A stretch of 64,000 bases of DNA from positions 16,058,110 to 16,122,109 of the forward strand of contig NC_134030.1 of NCBI RefSeq assembly GCF_964204645.1. Reading direction: 5' to 3'. The DNA comes from Tubulanus polymorphus (lineage: Eukaryota > Animalia > Nemertea). The notes under the pieces were generated by a model that made no database searches, had not been told where the DNA came from, and saw only the letters and a list, made by a program, of their open reading frames with translations. Of the stretch, positions 29,601 through 44,600 are shown piece after piece; position 1 is the stretch's first letter, and every line of letters starts with the position of its first letter. Made by a program: the position numbers and the translations under genes.

Positions 29601-32600
29601 GTGTAACTTGAAGGGACGTACCTATGAATGCTCTGATAAAGATGATCTAATACAAGCGCGGCGCATCAGCAAGTCAAGTGGTGGTTACAGTACAGAAGTT
29701 TATTGAACTCCAAAATTTTACAATACACATTCGAGTATAAAATCAATAAAGTTATAAGCACTACTCTGTATACTTACACAAAAGCCGCTCGACCGCAGAG
29801 CTGCGCGGCGTCGTCATGACGATCGGTGGTGGTGCAATCATCACAGCGAATGCGTATGGGTGGCCGTTCTAATAAAAATTTACGGCATTTTCGCGCAGTA
29901 AGGAGGAGAAAATTTTTCGGATTTTTTTTTGAAAGTTTCGATTTCCGGAACTCCGGAAATTTCCGGAAGTCTGGCAACACTGTTCATGTCAAACATTCAC
30001 GCGTTACAGCATCACCGTAGTGTACTGTACGAGCTTGTGTGTGTGTGGTGTAGCACTCTGCGTGCATGTGGAGGCCTCGAGTAAGTGAATATTCGCTTAC
30101 ACCTCAATGTCAATCAAAACAATCACCGGGTATTATAATGAAACAATACCTATGGCACATGAGTGAAATAATTACATCCTCACCAGCAATGAGCATTTGA
30201 AATCGGCACGTATACGGCACCTAGTCCAATGAAACGTACGCCATTCTAGGGCTTTCCCATAATTATTTTAGTAGCGGCAGAATTGCCCGTATATCCCAAA
30301 AACAGCCAATCCCATTCGCTTGTAGAGACGACGCCCCTAATCGAGGTCATTGCAATTTTATACGCGAGAGCTAAGAATTTTCCCGCCAAAAACAGTTTTT
30401 CGTAGAATTTTAATTCAGTTGACCATGTCATCGACGGAGGTTCGCCATGTCTTCAATCGCATCGATTATACGTCATTTAAGCCGTGAACCAATGAAACAA
30501 ATGCTCACATAAAAAAACGTACCGCGATTTTACATGAATTGGCTCAATGCCAACATCATATCGCTGACAAAGGTAAACCAAAAAAGGGACGATCGATGGA
30601 TCACTCTCACCCGTAAAAATGTCGATTTAGCCAGTAAAGTTAGTCGATGATGACCATCTTTCTACGCGCCATAAAACAAAGATGAGTAGGTGGCGCCAGC
30701 TGATGGTTGGCTTACTCTCAAAGTCATTTATGGCGGGCGCCAGTCGTCTAAAGCAACTTGGCTATTATGTCAGTCCAGGGAACGTTTTTTGATGGGTATA
30801 CAAGGATTATGCCTTAATAGCTATTTTTAGGAACAAATACCACCACAAGTCAGCCACCTTAAAAGGTGAAATATCAGAAATATATAGGCTTTTTTCCTAC
30901 ATGATTGGACAACATCCATAAATTTCCAAAAGATTTCATTAACTGGTTCAGGCAGTATCTTTTACACAAGAATTTTCATCAAAATAGCCATCTTTAAGAA
31001 CTTAGTTGCGGCGACCAGTCAGTCATCTTGATGAGTGGAACCTCCAAAATGAAAAGACTTCTTCCCATCATGATCTGACATGTCATAAAATTGCAAAAGA
31101 TTTAATCCACTGGTACAAGCTTTATCTTGTACACACAGACGTTTTCCCAATAGGTCCTCTAAAGTAGAGACTCCAGGGCTTTGCTAAGTCCGATAAAATA
31201 TTGTGACAAATAAATCAGAAAAGTTAAAACTGATTATTTTCGATCCCACTTTACCAGCTATTTGCTAAATCATTTAATGGAAATGAAACTCATGGAATAA
31301 TATTTATTGCAAGTAGCCCTTTCCAGTGTGACAATAAACCGAGGCAAGTCTATAGTAATTTATTGTTCGTGTTCAATCTTTGTAATCTGTTCCTTTAAGT
31401 ATTCATGTGTGCTCTATTGTCACCACACAATAGAGGGAAAACTATTTGATGTATGGTTTCTAAGCCGCCAACCCCTGAAAATTGATTTGAGTGACATCGC
31501 CATTCAGGTCAGGAAACAATTTCAGGGACGCCCTAAAATTTCAACTTCTTAACCTTAAATGAAGCACTTATCTTGTGCCAAGGGGATAGAGCTGCGTCCT
31601 GAACGAATGTTTGTAAAAAAGCACGGAAAATATTCAGGAAATCTAATTCAGTGTTTGGGAAAGTCAAGCGCCACGGTGTTCACATGCCTTATCATTTAAT
31701 ACCCGAGGACCAACTGTTAGCCCCAGTGTTCACTTGCCTTATCATATTACTGCAATGGCATATATTGATCACTTAATCCCCTACCGCTAGCGAAGAATAG
31801 CTAACTTTCTGTTGAAAATTTTGAAATGTTCAATAGTCTGTGACACTTGTTTCCCGAGAATGTTTCCCGAGAGAGCAGGACGAACTTTGAAATTCTATGA
31901 CTGTCTCGCAAAATCTGGGGTGTCTGGCAGCTCTGTGGTTATATTCTAAAAACATCAAAAATCTTGTCCATTTGTACGGCGTTTCAATGATGTAATTAAG
32001 CATAGCATAGCAAATCACTACACAGGTTTTTTTATCAATATAACCGCTGGTATGCCTAAAATAAATATTTCCCTAAGAAAATATGTAGGCCTCTCTAGTT
32101 TGCGATGTCACTAAACAGGCACATGTTATAGTGATGTCATTCATTGATGTTGGTGATACTTAAGTTCCCATGCTCCAGCCAACCGAAATGAGGGTATTAA
32201 TAAAAAATCTGCCACGATAACTTTCTGCATGCACAGTGACTGGCAATTCACGTGAAATTTTAGAGTTCAATTTGGAGCAATTACTGTCAAGATGATCAAT
32301 AACAAGAAAAACATTTCTTAAAATGGACTCAATGTTGGTCAGTGTGAACTTTTAACAGGAGGCCCACGGGCCTGATACCTTCATGATGCAGTAGAAGAAG
32401 AATGATCCAGTATTCAAAGTTTTACATATAGATTAACATTGTAACGATGTCACAAGTTTTAAAATAGTTAAGATGGTATAGGCTATGTGGCGATAACGTT
32501 CATTTTCTGTTAATATATCCTTACATCAAAAGACAAGCCCATTTCAGCTGCCCTAAAGATCACACTACATTAAAAAATGCATTAAGAATTGGTATAGGCA

Positions 32601-35600
32601 TCATGCTGAAAAGAAATCCAAGACGGCTAGCAACCCTGGGGGCCATACTTGAACTCAATTTTCAATAAGGGGTAGACATTTCATCTACCAAAACTCTTAC
32701 ACCTAGTATCATGAAAATGCATCAATAATTGCAAGCCGTTTCGTGCTAGAAATTCAAGATGGCTGACCTGGCAGCCATTTTTGAAAGCCGATGACCTCCA
32801 TATACAAAAGGCATGGACAGCTTACCTACCCTGATCCTCACACCAAATTTTGCGGAAATCCATCAAGAATTGCGACCTGCATTAGTGCAAACAAGAAATT
32901 CAAGATGGCCACTGCAATGGCAGTCATATTTGATTACCAATTACTTTTTTTTTAACAATAGGGGTGGTCATCTCGCCAGACCCAACCTTCAAGCGAATTC
33001 TCAAAGCGATTCATCGCAAATTACTGGCGAATTACTGTGTCGATTTAATTCCATTCCAGAGGTCCTGGCTTACGCCTATGCAATAGGAGTCAATTAAGAT
33101 TTGTCTCTCCACATAAATTAGTGGGACTATAATGGACCATTTGTTGACACTAACCTTTAATAAACTTCATATGGATACAATGAAGATAATTCCACCCTAT
33201 AATTCACTATTCAACGATCGACGCGCAGCTTAAACATGGCGCCGTCATTCAATACACCAGTCATAATGAATCTCTACGCATATCAAAATCACACTTGAAT
33301 TACAAGTGTTGACTTATGATAAACGATCGAAATCTATAGCAATTTGATAGGGAAAATAGCAGCACTATAGTTAAGAAATGTTGATAAACCACCTCCGACT
33401 GTCTAAGTATTTAAAAGCTTAATAAGATTAAAGTATTTATTCGTTTGACAAATCTTCGTCTAGCTCCCACCAACAAGTTATAAATGGTGACACGAAAATG
33501 ACGTCATCGACTCACTACCATCTTATAACCTGGTAAAATCAGTCCAGTTAATTCTGGAAGCCCTGCAAAGGGTGTTAAACATTAGTATTCATTATCGTAT
33601 CTACACGATAGCATGTTCATGTTATGGTGCTCAGATTTCTACCCGCCCTGTGGGTTATTTGTCAGTTCAAATATAATACAAAATTACTTGATTCTTAGAA
33701 AATGACTGAAGTGAAAGTGACTCAGCGAAATCGATCTGTTGGATTATATTATCTTTTTTAAATAATTCAATTATTATTTCAATTTTTGTTATTGTTGTGA
33801 TTTGGTAGTGGGTTTCCCAGTACTCAAAATATAAAGATTTCTCTGAATATGATTTGCTCATATCCTACCTTTCTAACTGGATTGTACACAAATATGTTAA
33901 ACAAGAAGCCCAAGGGCTTTGACGCTACAAATATCATTACCAGACGGGTGTCTGATGCTAGTACAGTGGAACTGGCGTAAGTCGGACACTTCCGGACCAC
34001 TGAAAAATGTTTGACTTAGAAAAATTCCGATTATGAGAAAGTCAGATTTTGGTAGTTTTCTAAGAAAAATCCGAGTTAGCTACAGATTAAAAACCTAACC
34101 CTAACAACTGATTGACACAGGGTCAATAATCTATTATGATAGCCGACTACTATTGTAAACATATGAGTCGGTCGAGAGAAAAATCGATCTACCAGTGTAA
34201 AAAAAGAAGCGCACCGGTGACAATCTTTTGAAAAAAGCCGACTTTCCGACTTCTAGCCCTAGGATCCTTCTTTGAGACAGATTTTGATAGGAAAATGAAC
34301 TGAAAAAAAGGGACCTTTGAATTTTGGCTGATTTTGACGATTTCCTGACTTAAAGCTGTCCGAATTACGCCAGTTCTACTTGTACCTTGAGCCTACCATA
34401 TAGGCTAACTGACAAATGATTTTACAGTTCCTAAAAGGGTTCCCATAATTAGCCACTGAGCTGCTATTACATGGTAGGCCATTGCTTAGAATTGACCACC
34501 TAAGCATCAAAAATGAAGCAGTTCACATTCCCAGCCAGTAAGGAGCTCGAGTGCGTTGGAATCAATCAATTATTGCCGTGGTCACTTGCAGGTTCTAATA
34601 TGTTGCCAGGGCAAATTTAATTCAATTTCATTTAGAAATGTGGCATTCAATAAAACGTGATTCAGTAAATTATTTCCGCGGCTTTCGCTGCTGCAGTTCC
34701 TACACCACTGGTGCCAGAGTGAAAATATCAAAAACAGTGAATAAGAAGGATAAGCTTGAGTAAGGCTTAACTCATCTTGGTGGCACAATCAGAAAAAGTG
34801 TTTTCCTAGAGTTAAAAAGAAGCTCTTTGAATTATCTTATCTTTTTAATTTACCAAAGAATCCTTTTTTTGGATGCTGTCGTATTTTGAGTCCACCTTTC
34901 GATTGTTTAGGATTTAACAAATCTCTGACTTGTTCATTGTAAATCTCCAGCATACTGAAGGTCACCTGTCAAAATGATCATATAAAATGTTAATGAGTGG
35001 TGACACTAGTTCGACATACTGCAAATAGAAAATACTATTTCTAGGCATTGACACTTATCTAATAGGACTGAAAATCAGGTCATCCCATGTGAATAATTTG
35101 TTTGCAGCAACACGGACCCAAGTTTTCAGGGGGAGTCGGTAGGTAGGTAGAAATTAGTTTTTTCACAAAATTTTAGGGCAAAAAAAAGACAATTTTATCA
35201 TCTTCTACATATGAAAAACAAAAAACAATATCACATATTGGCATTGTGGATGGGAAATTTATTTAATTTCCTAGATTTCAAGAATAGTTCAAACATTATA
35301 ACTTCATCTGGAGTGTAATCCACGTGTTTAAAATGAACATTATATAAATATAATGAACATATATGCTCTACAACATTACCGGCTTTAAAAGAGTCACTAG
35401 AATGATGAGCTGCATATTTGAACACTGCCAGCTTCCTGGAAAACTTAAACTAGGCCACAGGTCAATGCAAGTTTTCACCCTATGCACACTTGACTAAAAA
35501 GAACGTAGCGCATACATCGGCAGTGGGTTGGTCAAAAATGATCTATTTCAATCTATTTCAATGAATCCCAGAAAAGTTTTCACTCAGTACCACTGAAGTC

Positions 35601-38600
35601 GGGAAGGTTGGGTGACGGCAAACAGACAATTATTTCACTGGAAAATAATATGAGCAACAAGATGGAACTTTTATAGGATTGTTTCAATAGCATGTGAGAA
35701 AACTGTTCTAATAAATGAATATCAAGGATAAATAAAACTATTGTTGCAGATAACACTGCAGAACTAAAATGAGAGTGCTATCCATGTGGTTGGGTTTCAA
35801 ATCTCACCTTGATGGTAACTTTCTAAAAGCGGAGAGGAGTGCAGAATGGAATCAGGGGGGGAAGAGCGCAGAATAGCGTGTCTCGAGTATTTGTGGATTA
35901 GACGCATACATTGGCCTATGAAATTTTTAAAATAAAACTTGAGACAATGACCAACACAAGAATGACATAATATCAATTAATAATAATGATTTAAATTGAA
36001 AATGTTTAATCCCCATCCGTGTGACCAGGCTATGGGGCATGATTCCCTTTATCTGGATTCGACCTGTGGCAGGTTTGGAGACATCGACACTGATTCTATC
36101 TATATAAAATGAATGTTGAGACAATAATGTTTGAATCATCGCTACGAATATCCATTACCAACTTGCAAGCACAGTCAAAAGCTTCAAACAATCATTTTCA
36201 TCATATTCATTTAATTAAAGCTTATAATAATACGTTTCTATAGAAACCAAACCAAATTTTTTTTTTTTCAAATAGATGGCCGTGTCTTAAGGCATTAAAG
36301 GCAACATTTTTCCAGACACACAGAAAAATCGAATATGCAGCTTGTTAAGAAGTTTGTTGAGTAATTGTTATATTCAAGGCACTGACTGTGGAGGACAAAA
36401 TACAACAACAAAACTATTTTATTCGACTCATTGGCAATCTTGATGGCATGCCTGGTTTAGATCTAAACCCCAGGCATAAATGAACAAGTCGATCGTGTTA
36501 TTCTGGGGAGTCACATGCGTATTACTCCGTAGGATTTAGTCACAAATACCCTGTTAGATGAATACACAGTATCAAATGATATTTCAGAATATTATTTCAA
36601 TAACGATTTGTAAACCGAGAAGAAACCGGACGAGATTTCTGTGAGACCTAATGCTCTGCTCCATAAATACTTGAGACACACTATTCTGTGCTCCGCCCCG
36701 CGATTTCACTCTGCTCGGCCTCTGCACTCCGCTCTGCTATTAGGTTAACCACCTTGAGAGACTAGGATAAATTAAACATTCTCATACACAATGTTTCATT
36801 TGATTCCATATGAATAGCTGATGTGAATGATGGCACTAACAATTTAAGCCGGTTTTGTCAAATCGCGGAATCACGGAATCGCGGAATATTCCAAAAACAC
36901 GAAATTTATTCATTTTTACTATAGATAGTAACCGCGTTTTTTCATGGGATACCCCTTGTCTGACAAGGCACCGGACGCATATTTTCATTACCAGTACCTA
37001 TGCGATAATCTATTACTATCGTCACTCAACAAATTAATGATAATTCCAAATGAGAAAATGGAGAACCTACGTAGGCAATTGATACACATTATACATATTT
37101 TTGCTCTGGATTTTTTATGCGTCTCGTGCATCTAAATTGACCTTTCTTCGAGTGTGGTGAGAAGAGTTAATAAAAATTCAATGATATTAAACACTATATA
37201 TAAAATGGTATCTTTTTAACTCCATAATTTGTGAAGAGAAAACTGTTACTCATTGCTTCCCGTTTATATTCCTTGGGACTAAGATACGTATCAACGGTAC
37301 TAGACAGCATTTTCTGGTAAAATTATTACCGCGGTACATGTTTGGTCGTAGCACACATTCACGTTTGCAGCCATCTAAAACTACATATGGCCCAACCTAG
37401 AACGACCGTGCTCAAATCTACTCGGATCGCAAAAAGTTGATTAACTTCGATAACTGATGTTTGCCTTGGTGCCGATCTCTTTGTCCGACTACATTGACTG
37501 CTGCTGCAGCTGGTTACTGGCAGCCAGTGAACGGTATCATAAAAGAATGTCGGATAAAATTGCGATTCGACACCGGATATCCCCGCTAAAAACCCAGTTA
37601 TTATTTATAGTGATAGTGAAGAAATTCCGTTTTTAAAAAATTCTGCGATTCCGTCATTCCGCGATATGACAACACCTAATTTAAGCCATCTAACCAACAG
37701 ATTTATTATCACTAAAAAACCTTGTTATGATTACAAATCATAGTGTTAATGATCTTATGAAATGATATCAATTTTATTCAAGTCATTTTTAGTGAACCAA
37801 GCAGTTCATCGAATCAATAATGATTTATTGTTACATAAGAATAAAATGGATTGGGGTCTGGTGGTGATCAGGTGTGAACAAGGCTACTAACTACTAACTA
37901 CAATTGTCTAACAATCATCTCACTGGGACAAGTGATATGAATTATATAACCGATGGCCTATAGACCTATCTACCAACTGTGCTCCCTAGCCTATATCCCA
38001 GTGTACCAGTTACCTACAGTACCGGTACCGAGAGTAGCTCAAACTAGGATATCAGTGGGGCAAAATACTCTACCAACTCTAGTTGATAGTCACATAGCTA
38101 TTCATGATTCTTAAATGGAAATAGGAATATGTACAAGCTATTTAGTCCAATGGGCCTACATTAGAGTATAAGCAAGTCTGTGAGTTATACAGTCATAATC
38201 TGGTACTAAAAGTGGTTCAGAGGATTCACCCAGGAAGAATTTGTTTGGTTAAAAACAGGTTTCTATCCATTTTACAGGGCAATAAATTTGCTACCCGGAT
38301 TTTTATTCAATATTTCCATATACACGGACATTCACACTTAGGTAGTTGTACCAGAGTTAGACTTTATAACATCTTTTAAAGAATTATAAAATTCTAAAAC
38401 AACTTAAAAGCTAAAAAATACCTTTCAGTCTGACAAAACCAAAAATAAAACTGTAAACAACAAATTCCAAACATGAATTAAAATCATTTTTCGAGCATAA
38501 AATACATATATTTGACTTGTTGCCAGGAGAAGTATATAACAGGATTACTTACTTCATATTCAACTTTCTCGCCCAATGCCTTTTTTGCATCAATCCCATT

Positions 38601-41600
38601 GAAAATCTCTTCACAAAATTGTGGAACAATACCTTGAAAAATAATATCAAATATTTTGTTAAGCTTAATTTTCATCTAAGAACAAAAACAAGAATTCCAT
38701 ATATTGGTATCATTCAACATTTCTTGAGAAATTCATCCTCACTAGTATAGGATTCATTCATTGAAAATCCAATTAACACTCAGTAAACAGGTGTGAGAAA
38801 CAGGATTCATGGACTAAATGAATTGATGGAAACCAGAGATTCAAGTTCTTAATTCTAAGAAATTCTACATACCTTTATTACTACCATAACCAACAACAGA
38901 CCAACTCTTTCCAGACCCAGTCTGACCATATGCAAACAACGTCGAGTTATATCCTTCCCATGCATTATTCAAAACACCACAACCCAAATCATCAAAAACC
39001 TTCCTCTGCAAAATATTCATTAAGTTTAAGGCATCTAAATCCGTAACACAATTTACTGAAAAGTAGCCCTCACAAGCCTGAATTCCCAGTGTATACGTGT
39101 GTGTGTGTGTGTGCGTGCGTGCCTGTGTGTGTGGTCAATTCTGATCAAAATAAAAAACCAAGATGGCAACTAAAGCTTCCATCCAACTGACAGTAACGCA
39201 GACTCCTTTCCTCTGTACTTATACACCAAGCATCCAATCAACTAATTGCCTTCAGCTGAACATAGGGGAATTTAATTACCACTTATGTCCCCGGAGCCAG
39301 GTGTAAGTGGATCCACGACTGACCACATCAATCCCGGAGGTAAAACAACCCGAAGGTCAACTTCGAGGTCCATCAAGCCCCTAGTCAAATCATCTCATTG
39401 AAAGAAGCATCGAGATCTGACCCTCAGTCCTCTGCAATATTGGAATAAAAAGGCGAGATCTCTCACCCCTCCTGGACTCAACTTGTTCTGAATAATAACG
39501 AAGGGCCTTCATGGGACAAAGGGTCCAGTGTGGTAGATCCTGAGATACCTGATTTTGGTTCTTAGCAAAAAATGACAGAAAAGGACGCAACTGTACTTAC
39601 ATAAAACCCAGGCCAAAGATGATATGACCCGGATTCAAAGTCAGGCATGCAATTCAGAACTTGCCGCCATTGCTAGTAACAGTAAAAAGGTCTTTTTAAT
39701 CAAGTCTGACCAAGACACCTCAGCCAGAGGTTCAAACGGTTTCTCATCAGATATCTCAGGTCTATCCATAAGTCCCACGGCGGGAACCCGTGAAGCACCT
39801 GAGGCCTAGCTATTGCCAACACAGCAATAAGATTCAATATTCTCAAATGTACCATGATATCAGAAATACTAGCTTACTGATATCCTTTTATCGTTACCAC
39901 TGACAAATGTAAGTGATTGAACAAAAACTGAACTAAATCCCTGAATTGTGCTTCTTGTTTACCTGGTCCAATAGCCTAATTTGATGATCAAGGGAGTCAG
40001 AGGAAAGGCATACGCTGACAGCCCATCCCAAAGGAACGAGAGAGCATCCTCCTCCAATCAAACTGATCAGGATAGGAGGTTCAAACACAGCGCACTTCCA
40101 GTTGAAACTAATCGCCAACAGATCTCAGAGCAAAAAGCCGATCAATGCTCAAACCCCATTCACCACCTCCTCACCATTCACCTGGAATGGCTCTCCCCTG
40201 ACGTGACAATGCCTCCGCTAGCCCATTCAGCTTTCCTGCTATTTGTGACATGGACAATGAATTGTCTTTGATAGAAACCAAAGAAGAATACTGGGCTGAA
40301 ACAGATTCCACAACCTCCTCCCCTTGATTCATCAGGTTCAGACTGAATGAATGAATTGTTTTGGGATAAGTCATGCGCAACTTCGGGACCCGTACAAATT
40401 TGTTACAAAACAAAAGATCTAAGATGGTCTGTAGACCACCTGAGGCTTTTGGAACTGAGAGAAACAGAGGCTTTTGGATTTGAGAGAAACAACCGCAGAA
40501 TGAAACTTTCTTGACCAGTTGAAACACTCCCCTCTCTAGTAACTCGACCGAGGCCGGATTAAGATGCCTGACCGTCCTTTGGATGCATGTTAGGGTGGTC
40601 CACTGCCAAGGGGGGCTGAAGACGGAAACTTTTCCGGGCACATGACCCAGCAGTTTACCAAACGCGCCTCATAGCCCCTTTGACCGGGGGATGTTTTCTA
40701 CCACCCTTTTGAGGTCTCTCACCTCCCTGCCAACTGTTCGTGGCCTAGTTGGTATAACGGAAGTCCATCAATCGAAGGACTGTATGATCTGAAAGTGGAG
40801 GAAGAGGCTCTAGACCTTCTCCTCTTGCAAGGGGTCGGGAGTCCTGATAGCACTTTGGTCTCTCTTTGACCTTAGCCATCTGCTCCCCAACCACGGTAAA
40901 CTTGGTTTTTCCCCACTCCATACAATGGATGATTGTGCTGTGTCCTACCGCCTGCGTAGGACAAAAAGTAAAAATAAATTGCCCATGGGCAAAGTGTGGT
41001 TTACTTTGAAAGCTAGAGGTTGTTTGGAGTAAGGGCATTGCTTGAAAAATCTTTTTTGATTCGTAACTTCAAAGTTCTAGAAGTATATACTATATTCTAT
41101 CTTTCTTAAAGAATTATTTTGTAGTCAAATAAGACTAAAGATACATTTGTTTATGGTCTATGTCCATAATTTTGTATGGTACAGGTAGGCACGGCAGGGA
41201 AACTATTTTATATTTTCAAAAAAATATTTTTGCAGTATGAAACAATTGCCTCAAGGGTCACTATGGCCAGACTGTCAGCTTTTCATAAAATGGCAAATGA
41301 TGCATTCTGTGGGTTAAATTTGTCCAAATACACTCCCAGCTCATACAATCCCAGGCTAATGTCGTGTTTTCATAAGTAGCACAGAGAGCGAATTGAGCTG
41401 GCAGGAACAAATACCTCAGATAAATCTTTTCCCTTTCTCTAATTGATTTGAATGCGGAATAGAATTGAATTTTCTAAAATTGTTCTGAATAAAACAAACT
41501 TGAACTGGATTTGTTGTTTTGTTCAATAAAGTAAAATTGAATTGGGTTTGATGGTTTTTTTGCAGAATAAAATTTGATTGAATTTGCAGTTTGAGCACGT

Positions 41601-44600
41601 GGCTAATTATCATATCAAGGTCATCCATCAGATTTGAGAAAAAGCTATTTTTCCCGCACTTTGCACAATTGTCAATGATATTTTCTATAGTGCAAATAAA
41701 AATATTCCTCCAAAAAACCAAATCAACTAAAGATTTCACAGAAATCGATATTGAAATACAATTTAAGATCTTAAGATAAAACCCAGAAGTAAAACGGTAG
41801 TTTACCACGGGTTCATGTGAACACCTGCTGATCTTTGCGGCTAAGCCAATCATAGAGGAGTCTTTGCTTTCTGATTGGCTTTTTAAAACAGATATTTTTG
41901 TGATCAGATTTTCGCGAAAGAGCTCATATAAATTTTAAGGATGCCCTCTTTTAAAATTCAGCTTCAAAGGGGTTAGAGAAAGGTTAATGCTCTCATGAAT
42001 GATTTGTATGAATATATGCTCAGTTGCACAGTCAAAGAGCCTTTGCTCTGGAAACCATGTCATTTAAATTCGCTCCATTTGTATAGTAATAGGCTCAGCC
42101 CACGGCTGGCCTAAAAATATTTAAATAAAATTCAGGTGATGTTTCATTTCAGAGGGTGGCTGAATTTTGAGTCTTGGAAACAAAACCTCTTCCAATGTAT
42201 GGCCGCGGAAGCTAAAACCGGGGCGTAGTATTAGATCGTTTTGAATCCTAGAATTTACCACTACAATATTCAGACCTCCAACTATACCTATAGTTTGCTG
42301 GCCTAGTATTTTCAGGTCACAAGAAATTGCAATCTATTACAAATTCTATCCAACAGAAAACACAGTGCTCATCTTCTGCTATTATTCAGCCTGTTATCAG
42401 TACAGCAAGCAGCATTACAGCATCACCATATAGTAGTCAGTGTGAGCGTGTGTTTGTGTGCGCAACAGTCTAATGTATAGCACTCCCGCGCAAATGGAGG
42501 CCTTGTGTAGTGAGCGTTCGCTTCACTTCAGTCTCAATCAACACAATCACCGGGTATTAAAATGCAACAATACCTATGGCATTATGTGAAATAATTATAT
42601 TCTCACCAGCAATGAGCATTTAAAATTTGCACATATACGGCACAATGTCCAATGAAACGTTCGCCATTAATAACTTTCCCATAAATATTTCAGTAGTGCC
42701 GGAATTCCCCGTATATCCAAAAAACAGCCAATTACATTCGCTCGTAGAAACGACGCCCCCCCAATCGAGGACATTGCAATTTTATACGCAAGAGCTAAGA
42801 ATTTTTCCGCCAAAAACAGTTTTTCGTCGAATTTAAACAGAGTTGACCATGTCATCGACGGAGGTTCGTCATGTCTTCAATCGCATCGATTTATACGTCG
42901 CTTAACCCGAGAACCAATGAAAAAAATGCACACATAAAAAAAGGTACTGCGATTTTACATGAATTGGCTCAATGCCAACCTCATACTGCTGACAAAGGTA
43001 AACCAAAAAAGATATTTTTCAATACCGTTATCCGTGGTTTTCTACGGATCTGCGAGGAATTCTCATCTCTGATTGTTATAAGCGCCAGTATAGACCTGGC
43101 ACAGTATCAATATAGTATTCAATTCCCTTACAAGCACACAGCCTATACAATATACTGTAGGGTAACTCCACGTAATTTCGGAAGACCACATAAATTCGGA
43201 AGTTTTTTTTCTACAGCATCTCCGCGGTCGCGGAGAGGGAATACCTACGTGGATTAGGCCAAATTAGATATAGGGGAGGTAGGTTGGTATTTCCTGGGAA
43301 TTCCACGGGATTCCGCGCCATTTTGATGACGTAGTACGCATTTCTTTCTGGCACACGAAATCAGCGCGGCAGGGCGAAAAAGTCAGTCATGTAAGTAAAT
43401 TATTGATTCGCCCCGCTTTTACGGAATTTCGTGGCAGCCGATACGTAAACACTGCCAAGAAGTTCTAGGAAGTCGATAGTTTGTTTATAAACATTCATTT
43501 TCTATCGGAATACGCTCATCGTAAAAAAAACGGCGATTTTCAAGAACTCGCTCGCCTACACATAATTTCGGAAATCCCACACCCAGCTTTCACGGCTCTT
43601 CCACATAATTTCGGAAGTTCCGAAATTATGTTAGATTAGTTACGCGTATGTTTACACAGCTGTTATCCACATTAAATAAAACTGTGATGCTGATTAGTTA
43701 GGCCTATCAAAGAAAGAAAGTCAGGTTTAGAACTATTTACTCTAGGCTCATTCATTCATGAATTCAGGTAGGGCTACTACCATCCAGATTCAGTCAAAAT
43801 AAGATCTGTGTCTAGGCTGTCATAACAAATTACAGAAACAATCTATCCAGGCCTAACGAAATATTTTTTTTAAATTTTCTTTCACCTCGGTTCATAATAA
43901 AGAAGGTCATGTTTTCATTTCTTTTTTATAGAATGCCAAAAGTGTATCGAAAGTGGACGGAAGCTCAGATGCGTGAAGCCATTGAGTCCGTCAGAAATGG
44001 CTCATCAGTTTTATGGGCGGCTAAGAATTTTGCAGTTCCAAAATCAACTCTGCACGACCGTGTTAGTGGCAAAATACCGGCAGATTCAAAACTAGGCCGG
44101 CCGACACATTTAACGGAGGCAGATGAGAAAAAGCTCGCCGATTTTGCCAAAAACAGGGCTGATTTGGGATACGGATTCTCAAAGAATAATTTTCTGAAAT
44201 ATGCTGGAGATCTTGCGTTGAAACGTGGAAAACCGTTCAAGGAGGTGCTTGTCAATTAGCCAACATCATTAGGATTTGTTATTTGAAAGCATGAATTTAA
44301 TAATGCAGTCTTTTCTTTTAGATTGTCCCAAGTGATCAGTTTTGGGCTGGGTTTAAATCCAGAAATCCGTCAGTAACACTGCGCAAGCCCGAAGGCACTG
44401 CTGCCATCAGGCATCAGTGTATGAATGTAAAAAAAGTGGGGATGTTTTTTGGAGCAGCAAAATGTGCATTGGCAGGACTTCAACCAATGCACATCTGGAA
44501 CATGGATGAAACCGGCCTGCAGTTTTCCCATGTCCCTGGGAAAATAGTTGCTAGGTATGAAAATTGAACATTAGCTCAATGATAATTCTAGACATTGTGT

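Larger units (their letters stand above)
24956..30800 (-). mobile_element. DIRS1-type tyrosine-recombinase retrotransposon (decayed; gag and 5' RT deleted or replaced)
   Basis: ITRs 25007-25114 / 30671-30774; ICR 25161-25256; RT, RNase H, MT and YR coding remnants; inserted into a degenerate ~170-bp tandem repeat seen on both flanks. Confidence 0.92.
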
